From the IMG/VR virus record IMGVR_UViG_3300035698_016797, positions 64,001 through 128,000 of that record: DNA of 64,000 nucleotides. The stretch is one strand, 5' to 3'. Origin of the DNA: a virus. The notes under the pieces were generated by a model. It was not told the DNA's origin and made no database searches. It saw nothing but the letters and a program-made list of their open reading frames with translations. A program made the translations under genes and the position numbers. Positions 49,801 to 56,326 of the stretch are shown one piece after another; the first letter of the stretch is position 1; every line of letters begins with the position of its first letter.

Positions 49801-51134
49801 AATATAGCCTTAGAGTTTGTTAAATTACGACCACCTCCTGCTGCATCATAGTTGTCAATAGTTGTCCACATTGACGCGAACTCATCTGGAGTCTGTGCCT
49901 CTGCCTCATACAGTGCTATTTCTTGTGCTCCTGCGGCATGATAGTGAGGACATGTTCCACTATACCCAGAGTCCTGCATACAGTATGTTGGGTTTACGAC
50001 ATTTTCAGGTTCATTAGATCCAAGTTCAGAAGCCAACGTGCACCCTATGGTTCCGGCAGCACTCCCTCTAAAAAACGAACATCCTTTATGAACAATTTCG
50101 GAGTCTGAGAAGTTTGTTCCTATTATTTTTAGTCTTAACTTTCCAGGAGACCCCTTGTATGTAGGGGTTGGTTGTCTTATTGCTGTTCCAACAGTTGATG
50201 CTGAATACTGTTCAAAACGCGTTCCAGAAGCAGATGCCATTGTGAGTGCACTAATTCTACTGATTAAGATATAGTTCAAACCTTTTGACCAAGCTGCCCC
50301 ATGGGTATAGTCAATGATTCCATCAATGGTGGCATAGATCGGAGACCCAACTGTGGCTATGTATGTGGGAATAACTTGTGTGCTGTAAATGTTGGCTGGT
50401 TCGAAATATTCTTTTGGAGCCATCATATTTACAGTGTCGGTTGGAATGTTAGCGTGCTCCCCACCCTTGGTAGACTCAGCCTCTACGCGATTTCTATAGA
50501 GTCTTACTCCTTTATTGCGTCCTGGATATTTAAACTGAAAACGCTTTTTATAGGCGCTTGTGCGAGTGAACGTACTGAATCCACTGGCTGATGCCCTGTT
50601 GTCTTTCCAGTCATTAGCTTCTAAAAACTCTTGTGTAAAAATGTCACCAGTTTCTATGTTCTGATAATTCCACAGAGTTTCGTTCCAAGAGTGCGTTGTT
50701 CCACCAATTTTTTTCAGATCGAACTTTCCAGATGGTTGGATTACAGTTAGGCTTGATGGATGAAATAATTCTGGCTCTACCGTTTGATCATCACTTTCTC
50801 TGGTTCCCTTATAGGTGTATGTTGTAAACAGCCATGGAGAATCAACCTCTGGAAACGCATACAGGTGTGCATTTTTATCAGAGACTGCTGCAAAGCGAAC
50901 GTCTGGTTGAAACTTGTCCATCCAGTTTGTCCACTTTTGATATCCAGAGGGGCTTGCGCCGTCTCTAGTCATGTTGATGTACTTTCCACCATAAAAGTTT
51001 TCTCTGGCCTGACCATATTGACCACGAACCATATAAGACCTATCCGCAGGCGGAAGATCAAATTGAAAACCCGTACGATCTGGGTAATTGCTAAAAAAAT
51101 CGTTTGGCATTGCCTTTATTCCTATGCTTCCCAA
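43890..51134 (-). CDS. Giant (2414 aa) tail-tip/baseplate protein with Cys clusters
   Basis: Uninterrupted ORF downstream of the hub gene; Gly/Ser/Trp-rich; several CxxC pairs; 21 [AP]SG motifs. Confidence 0.65.
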   Translation of the reverse strand: MGSIGIKAMPNDFFSNYPDRTGFQFDLPPADRSYMVRGQYGQARENFYGGKYINMTRDGASPSGYQKWTNWMDKFQPDVRFAAVSDKNAHLYAFPEVDSPWLFTTYTYKGTRESDDQTVEPELFHPSSLTVIQPSGKFDLKKIGGTTHSWNETLWNYQNIETGDIFTQEFLEANDWKDNRASASGFSTFTRTSAYKKRFQFKYPGRNKGVRLYRNRVEAESTKGGEHANIPTDTVNMMAPKEYFEPANIYSTQVIPTYIATVGSPIYATIDGIIDYTHGAAWSKGLNYILISRISALTMASASGTRFEQYSASTVGTAIRQPTPTYKGSPGKLRLKIIGTNFSDSEIVHKGCSFFRGSAAGTIGCTLASELGSNEPENVVNPTYCMQDSGYSGTCPHYHAAGAQEIALYEAEAQTPDEFASMWTTIDNYDAAGGGRNLTNSKAIFSGSMTPLGGGSLMWGGMGLGSLYALNNPTTLPRQMGDTDMRWRVEYTYRKIPAMGREIYNDEGRNLLYDDYKQIKRGTGRFSFDTKDTENFGGVDSQFFGDRNLMSSARFNRNVMPCYKPEKCNPAYGIRMIGGLKEGTFSGVGGEEYCRYYTHNCPYSEIPRRAKEYDFNYKLLYDNVLTPFRQGGLEACSSALEEYRIVGDTMTATVSGTSPSGIFAAVAPSGALNCYVKTIPDVPSSNLHVYFYYDRSKWSASGHYDANLFAHIEQYDSGSGAIYMANDGTVNSPSCYPSGVPWLVKLYDDYKSPSEFICQVTNDREFFGGRHPEYKDRSKMGEEVLAVKAEGGGIEDFTRGNKGGEEKHSKSDKGFYMGYWIDKSGEFIDDGRALGNLEQFASGVFPTVPEGPRMSNKPDEYNDATPIYGIVGNSIISPTHSKGATIRSAYIYSSDSRADLALFSNLEDGDTGRSIAPRNPPTGQLPTERSFLRCGSCSWDDVGYDMGGNPNPSGLMDASGYVNITQIVTDWESENFPTCKSCGEELGSGGNWSHFPNVKARGNVTIWGLPGQTINKDGMYWKNPTIVNSSTVRQVVGKLGALNSGGGGYSLGPTNSANSESEYSVFKYADPSGNLLKEGLPEPSGRFEGYSFPGFIPTDEDIADKNETIADTTQIYSRDEGVQSSDMLDRGPDENSSGMTGYSNERLDGGTYSDDVIAPYGTSIPGLDMVTIDQLKNLRNKVEPMYGYYVGKHAHGDYFPSKQQGHKNRYNPSVDRDYHMKPGSLPVQIIAANSLGCDQYQQYWDGGFPPIMIREYVPTGTCWWRINQYIGGISRGGGASDAHFDDSFQEDHGGAWGYTGDKIESNAFFFLHGYLPLDKEVVKAYAIISPATEPSKPPIGVVWSGGKRNRHYHPFMTDHEDIWLHGTFDLTKDSKTKPKWIDGYDSEYADGAGGSEGYHPYTSARSSMFDDIMGTIAHHHDSSFGFNGPTQEWASALEWDGLGQDMVQKYTEDQLWKDFTFQEFSDKIDRDKMKLTFKCGDLDVDGVGYDFTMFSQRLLSLYLNNWVQPITNFQDLSGMNGKMWYQRTGPVVEEKVSDTSWAEGGEVIVQSGDGFKLKTSSTSSTSPSSYSSGGSGNNNGGWATRVLDITDVVKERYDKRIPRAFTTSAGISYDELHNQNRSDRTNPAFFDGDSDPSGAINYRYWNSTHGAWLNDPWHHPKLAADNNLPTLVYGDEYNLSTAASGRISAVSDWYTPPSASGDPENSDYYTYHPKQIITATDTAENSGTPSASGYWYVLKQTSEVPNFQIDLIPLPIENIRRDWRRHPGKWNCANAVCGASECYVGHRNMTVSEFSQYVQGAGKSATAPSITSTICSVCGSDLTTLPATGAIYEGGDGIETVTYEEPFDDDVFIKAISVNPTPSILDDYKHGFDIDVLGDEESRWKTIVSTSWSESGNEWTWTKYDTSGVKVAETGSELPTFFKGYWVNGGDSTSAGAAISGYHFVSPRARYVRYRPKPRRFKRYMVGSSGLPVGSLVSTSGQYEMPSGYEVEDDDWTSATFEMTTASGNFTSPAFTDTVVANTETTFDLAGGPTDTSGYVEWRVWKYFYLSSCAKLEVYGYESKPSYMKVTDSASVFSTPYVIGMDAFAMPDFPSRILSVNAGVYDTVHLPMTESSSRTSSDFYWNTASEVDPNTNLTYFAVTGGRYFFDPAKNEIVLPRYFKNPDGTAGGNIWDLNNDLDPNDFKVMTIPGFVQVEYFTGVGMPINIDVTAVGGGPSYQLEKDSVNFIAGYEPAGTSTPDGIPTSFGQLPSMGQSVKLPTNSNNKYNLNWTVTNNDPLYGDFGMSHIKGNELPAGGWTEEAITNQYFGGTYQTSPSGSYITGMVSGEVTFYGLPQSIISGNFTVYAAAKTKHEYWADGEHIVKWDRTGGLKYTGFSVGVEVGAIASGRQGICFGVPTVVVYLKERDSSIEPNV

Positions 51135-51532
51135 GGTTGCTGTGGTACTGCTGTACCAGGATGATATACTGCAAATGCAAACCCTCCGTGTGCATTATCT
51201 CTGTGATCGTGCAATCCCATTGCACCAGGAATAACTCCTCCATCATAATCACTTGTATGTCTATGTATATTGTATCCTTCCGTAGCAACCTCTGGTGCCT
51301 TAATCCTTAACCCTGCTTCGTGAACTCTCGCCTGATACTGATTATAATACAAAACTGCCTGCACATCGTTCCATGCAATTGGAGTTTGAGACCCATCATG
51401 AAAGTGAATTGCGGCAGAATCCCACCAAAAACGATCTTCAGCTTCTTGATCTGTCATCATATTCATAATCTGCCTCATCTTTGTGAGTTTAGCAGCAAGC
51501 TGAGATGGTGTATATTTTACGCTTCTAGCCAT
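51122..51532 (-). CDS. Small tail-tip protein with HxH motifs (spike-like)
   Basis: IHRHT and LHDHR in the C-terminal half; directly after the hub gene. Confidence 0.5.
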   Translation of the reverse strand: MARSVKYTPSQLAAKLTKMRQIMNMMTDQEAEDRFWWDSAAIHFHDGSQTPIAWNDVQAVLYYNQYQARVHEAGLRIKAPEVATEGYNIHRHTSDYDGGVIPGAMGLHDHRDNAHGGFAFAVYHPGTAVPQQPWEA

Positions 51533-51543
51533 GGGTATTCTCC

Positions 51544-54500
51544 TTATCCAATGATGGATGCTCCGTCGCCTCGCTTATTCATGTCTGGATCGTTATAGAT
51601 ATTACCCTGCAAACTTGTAGAATATGCAGTTTTATGAGTTCCAAATACCCATTGGTTCAACAATGTGTGAATATAGCGTTCGCTATCCTTGTCACTTTCC
51701 TTCTTTTGTCCAAGACGAAATTCTTCTGTACTCAACTCAAGAGTTGTAGTAAATGGTCCAGAAAAATTGTGAACCATCCTAACAATTGAAGAGTATACTC
51801 CACTTGCCAATGCGATATACCCAAGCCCATTACCAAGGTCATAGTTTGATCCTCTAACGGTAATGTTTCCAGTAACCTGAATGTCGTTCCTTTTTTCCAG
51901 TTCACGAACGGCATGTTTGATTAGGCGATATCTGTCGTCTCGCTGAACCCATTGAATCTTCTTTGGAAATGCATCTGCCTTACCAATATCAGTAGTGTCT
52001 AGTCCTGACCCCTCCTGCTCTCTATATTTTAGCTGTTCAATTGTTTGTATTGCCCCAAGAGAATAATAGTATCCATTTGCCTGATATTCTGCCAATAATC
52101 CAGATGGATCTGCCCATTTATAAGTATCACGCTCTGGTATGGGTAAATTTCTACTGTCCCAAGGGTGTATTTGCCACTTATATTCATTCATTATGCCACT
52201 TTTTATTACAGGTCTAGTCGAAACATTAAATTCGGTTCCGGTTGCATACTTCTTATATACCTCAAAAACTGGTCTTCCGTCCCAAATACTTGATTGTGCC
52301 TTGTATGTGATTCCTTCAACTACAATTTCTTTTGGATTGGTTCCTAGCCTTTGGCCAGAATCATATCCAGAAAGGTTAACTGGAAATCTGTCGTAGTATT
52401 TTTTTCTGTGGAAATAGCATGTTATCCAAGCTCTTGGAGGTCTCCAGTACGACAGGGTTCCACTGTCAGAAGATGTATCATAAACAGTTGAGAATCCCCT
52501 GTCATTATGTTTACATATGTGACTAATTTTTTCATTACTAATTTTGAGATCCTGAGTTTTTATAACCTTCATAGCCTTGCTACATACAATCGCCTGACGA
52601 TGGCTAAATACAACATCTCCTTTGACGTGGTCAATAGAAGCCTGTACCCCTGGCTGTACAGAAGAGCTGGTTAAATATCTAATCTTTAAGTTGTCTGGGA
52701 AAATTCTCTTTTGGTCATCCGTTCCTCCACCGGTACTGCTCAATTCTCCAGCTAATGGATGCGGAATTACTCCAACAGCCTTCCATGTACTGCCGGAATC
52801 CGATTCGCTTGCAGCTTGGCTAACTTCTATCTGGACTTGTGCAGGATATGAATATGTTAACTCTCTAACCATTTCTTCCCACGTTCTATTTCCTATGCTC
52901 TTTGCTGACGCTCCTTCTATCTTTACTTTAGACGGAGGTAAGTCAATCAGATTAGAAAGAATATTTCGAATCTTAAAACGTGGCTCTTGTCCAACTCCTC
53001 TACATGCAGGGCACATATTTATCCAAGGAACTGGATGTGTTGATGGTTCATATTCTTTGGCCGTAGTGTTCCATTCAAAGACATAATCAAATGGTGAAAG
53101 TTGTGAAACGCCGGAAGCTGCCGTTCCATCACTATCACGAGATTGTCCGAACCATTCGTCTTCTTTTCCTGCCCATCCAGAAGCAGATGCTACAGCACCA
53201 GTTCCTCCACAATGAGAACATGCTCCAGGCCATGGCATCCAAGCCTCATATCTCAATCCTAAAATACTAGCATATTTTTTTTCTCTGGAATTCGCAAGAA
53301 ACGGATCATATGGAAAGATGTCGTCCAGCTTTGTGTATCCCTGTTTTTCAGATTCTCCTTTGTATGAATCTGTTGCTGTTGCTATCAGCTCTGCCATCCC
53401 TCCCCACTCTGTAGTGCTTGGATATGTCATTGTGTGTTTAATATTGACGGTTGCAGCATCGTAACCACTCGTAACGTCCCATCCTGGATACAGAGGGCAA
53501 CCAACAATACAATATCTTCCACTAGCATTCGCCAATGCATATGTAGGCATGGAGTATCTGTACCCATCCCAATTGTAGTTGTTTAAATAGTAAACACTAC
53601 TGGCTGTTGGAGTCATTGTCATATCTTTATGGTCTGGATGTATGTATGAGTGTCCACTATACCATTCAATCGGAGATCCAAACAGGCGGAATACGGTTGC
53701 AAGCTCGCTTGTTTTTTTGACAGAGTTGTCCTTAATTACATTGACTGACCCTGAATGTTCACCAGTAGTATCTAAGACCAAATCGTAAATGTAATCTTTG
53801 TTAGGATTGGCAGAGTCCGCCGTGGCATAGTGTAAAGGTCTCAAATCTCCTTGATTAGAATTTGATAGTGAAACTTTTGTGATTACCAAACCGTCCATTC
53901 CTGGATCATACACAATTTTGTATGTTCCGGCAGAAGATATTGTCTGATAAATAGCTTCGGCTACAGAGGTGTTTTCAAACCTTAGCATTTTTGGAACAAA
54001 GCTTGCCAAATCTGAGGTGTTAGAAAAGTCAATAGAGGAATATGTAAACCAAGTAAGAGGAGTATATTCGGCATCAAATTCGAAGATTTGCTTTGCTGCA
54101 CTGGCAAAAATATCCTCAATAATTTCTGCAACTGTCATGTTTTCCTCTTTTACGACCAAGTTCTTTTCGTCCCAGTTCATTTCTCTTGGATCATCATAAG
54201 ATTCGTTATAAATTTTAGTTACAGTTTCATCGTTAAGTCTTGATTTCATGCATTTACATGTAACTGTGTACTGAGAACCCTTCCCACCTTTTTGATGTGC
54301 AACATTAGATACAATCCCCTGAAAGATTATGCTCATGTCAACATCTCCCCATGAGCTTGCGACGCCTCCGGCACTTGTGGCTTTTGCAACAACTTCTTGC
54401 CCAATACTTGGAACAGTAAGACTTCCTTTGGCTTCATACGTAGTAGTATTACTGTCTGTAATGGTAAATGTCATAGTTCCTGGGACTGCATCTGATGTGA

Positions 54501-54645
54501 CCGTTATAGAACTAACGTTACAGTCTAATTCTTCTCCTCCAGCTGGGGAAGCTCCAAGAACAAGAGTTCCAGAGACAAAGCTTTGAACTCTAATCAAGTA
54601 TGGTGTTAGCGGTGATTGTACTTCCGTATTTGCATCAACTGTCAT
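51544..54645 (-). CDS. Baseplate hub / tail-tip protein
   Basis: N-terminal IIFQGIVSNV...YTVTCKCMKSRL pattern typical of hub (gp27/Tal-like) proteins; third gene after the tape measure. Confidence 0.65.
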   Translation of the reverse strand: MTVDANTEVQSPLTPYLIRVQSFVSGTLVLGASPAGGEELDCNVSSITVTSDAVPGTMTFTITDSNTTTYEAKGSLTVPSIGQEVVAKATSAGGVASSWGDVDMSIIFQGIVSNVAHQKGGKGSQYTVTCKCMKSRLNDETVTKIYNESYDDPREMNWDEKNLVVKEENMTVAEIIEDIFASAAKQIFEFDAEYTPLTWFTYSSIDFSNTSDLASFVPKMLRFENTSVAEAIYQTISSAGTYKIVYDPGMDGLVITKVSLSNSNQGDLRPLHYATADSANPNKDYIYDLVLDTTGEHSGSVNVIKDNSVKKTSELATVFRLFGSPIEWYSGHSYIHPDHKDMTMTPTASSVYYLNNYNWDGYRYSMPTYALANASGRYCIVGCPLYPGWDVTSGYDAATVNIKHTMTYPSTTEWGGMAELIATATDSYKGESEKQGYTKLDDIFPYDPFLANSREKKYASILGLRYEAWMPWPGACSHCGGTGAVASASGWAGKEDEWFGQSRDSDGTAASGVSQLSPFDYVFEWNTTAKEYEPSTHPVPWINMCPACRGVGQEPRFKIRNILSNLIDLPPSKVKIEGASAKSIGNRTWEEMVRELTYSYPAQVQIEVSQAASESDSGSTWKAVGVIPHPLAGELSSTGGGTDDQKRIFPDNLKIRYLTSSSVQPGVQASIDHVKGDVVFSHRQAIVCSKAMKVIKTQDLKISNEKISHICKHNDRGFSTVYDTSSDSGTLSYWRPPRAWITCYFHRKKYYDRFPVNLSGYDSGQRLGTNPKEIVVEGITYKAQSSIWDGRPVFEVYKKYATGTEFNVSTRPVIKSGIMNEYKWQIHPWDSRNLPIPERDTYKWADPSGLLAEYQANGYYYSLGAIQTIEQLKYREQEGSGLDTTDIGKADAFPKKIQWVQRDDRYRLIKHAVRELEKRNDIQVTGNITVRGSNYDLGNGLGYIALASGVYSSIVRMVHNFSGPFTTTLELSTEEFRLGQKKESDKDSERYIHTLLNQWVFGTHKTAYSTSLQGNIYNDPDMNKRGDGASIIG

Positions 54646-54657
54646 AACCTTTTCCTC

Positions 54658-55557
54658 TTAATATTGGGCAGTAAACGATACTGCCGTTCCTTTTCCGTTT
54701 CTTCCGGGAGACACACCTACGCTCGATCCATCAATGAACAGGTCTAAAAATAATTCATCCCCAGAATCTAAACTATCTACAACTTTTATATCAACCTTTC
54801 CGTCCGTAAATCCATTGGATATATCCACCAATGCTGCGTTGCCCAAGCTCCCAGAGGGAGGAGATACACAACCCGCTCCTGGCCCAGCCGTTCCCTGTAC
54901 GGCGAAACTTCTTCTGTTCCACCCTGAAAAGTAAAGCTCAGAACCATTTGCAAACGTATATGTTTGTTCTGCTATCCTTGGTATCTCTGCTGTGATTGTA
55001 ACAACTCCTCCATCAAGAATGTAGTCATTTGCATTGCTGCTGATTTTAACCTTTTTAGATGGTACTTCTGCTTCTATTAAAGTTGCACTATACTTAATAA
55101 GATTAGGCCAAAGAGTCTCTTCTATTGTAAGAGATTGAGGTCTCGCATAAACTCTTCCGCCGCCATTATTCAATAAACCACTTGGAAGAGGAACACACCT
55201 GTTGTCCTCAAGGGTTCCCCAACTTGACATTGCAGTGGGAGCTACACCTTCTGATGCTGTTGAAAGGGCACTATATAGGGCTTCATATGCAGATTTTAAA
55301 GAGTTGTATTTAGATTCATCTGTTCCAGTTCCTCCTGATGGAAGAATCTCAGCGTTGATTGTAAACGTTCCATTGATAGTATAGACAGCCTTAGATCTTC
55401 CAACATTGGCTTCGTTATAAACAAACCCAACCTGCATACTTGCAAGATAATATCCCCACAATGGATCATAAACCTCGCTTCTCACATCTGGAGTAACAGG
55501 AGGCGTTGGGTTTATGTCCAGAGATCGTATGTGTCCATAATGTATTGGTAAAGACAT
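54658..55557 (-). CDS. Putative distal tail / tail-tip protein
   Basis: 299 aa, beta-rich; second gene after the tape measure. Confidence 0.5.
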   Translation of the reverse strand: MSLPIHYGHIRSLDINPTPPVTPDVRSEVYDPLWGYYLASMQVGFVYNEANVGRSKAVYTINGTFTINAEILPSGGTGTDESKYNSLKSAYEALYSALSTASEGVAPTAMSSWGTLEDNRCVPLPSGLLNNGGGRVYARPQSLTIEETLWPNLIKYSATLIEAEVPSKKVKISSNANDYILDGGVVTITAEIPRIAEQTYTFANGSELYFSGWNRRSFAVQGTAGPGAGCVSPPSGSLGNAALVDISNGFTDGKVDIKVVDSLDSGDELFLDLFIDGSSVGVSPGRNGKGTAVSFTAQY

Positions 55558-55566
55558 GTTTTATCC

Positions 55567-56316
55567 TTATAGTATCTGTGGAGGTGCAATCATTTCCGCT
55601 GTCATGTGTGCAATTTTATTTTCAACATCCCATCTCACAGAACCTTTGGTTATCATACACTCGTGAATATCAGTTTCTGTAGGCTCCAAGGCTTCTGGTA
55701 TTGCCTCTGAAAGGTCAAACGTTAAAGGATACCCAGAAGGAGATGTGGCGCTATCAGAAGAAAGTCTTTGTTCCAACGTTGAAACCAATCCACTAGGATA
55801 AGCATCATTACTATTGACCACATAGTCTCCTGTAACAGTAACCTTAAGCATGTCGTGTCCCAGTTGTTGCCTTTGCCATCCGTCTACGGAGAATGCCGCG
55901 TCTTGTGCCCTTCTGATTTTAGATGGAGTTATAGAAATCTTTGGGTTCCACAGGGTGTATCCCCACCATCCTATTGATGCAGCTGTACTTCCCGAGTTGT
56001 CGTTGTCAAATTCGAGAGTTACTTTTCCCCAATCTCTCCACACACCTCCGTCATAAGAGATTCCCTTCAGGATCATATTGTTTAAAACTGCGTGTGGAAG
56101 AGTTAGGGTTCCGACTCCAACGTTTGATCCCTTCATCGCATCAAGATCTGCGGCGGTCATTTCTGACGTTTGTAGGGTTCCTGTTACAGAAATTGACATA
56201 GTATTTCTGGCGGAGCCAGAGCCTTCCCATGCAAACTTGTGCTGTATGTAATACATGATACGAGACAACGTGCACGTACCACTATCATTTGTAAAGGACA
56301 TGTTGCTAAGTGCCAT
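55567..56316 (-). CDS. Putative distal tail protein
   Basis: 249 aa, immediately downstream of the tape measure; AAGGA SD. Confidence 0.5.
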   Translation of the reverse strand: MALSNMSFTNDSGTCTLSRIMYYIQHKFAWEGSGSARNTMSISVTGTLQTSEMTAADLDAMKGSNVGVGTLTLPHAVLNNMILKGISYDGGVWRDWGKVTLEFDNDNSGSTAASIGWWGYTLWNPKISITPSKIRRAQDAAFSVDGWQRQQLGHDMLKVTVTGDYVVNSNDAYPSGLVSTLEQRLSSDSATSPSGYPLTFDLSEAIPEALEPTETDIHECMITKGSVRWDVENKIAHMTAEMIAPPQIL

Positions 56317-56326
56317 AACCTGTTCC

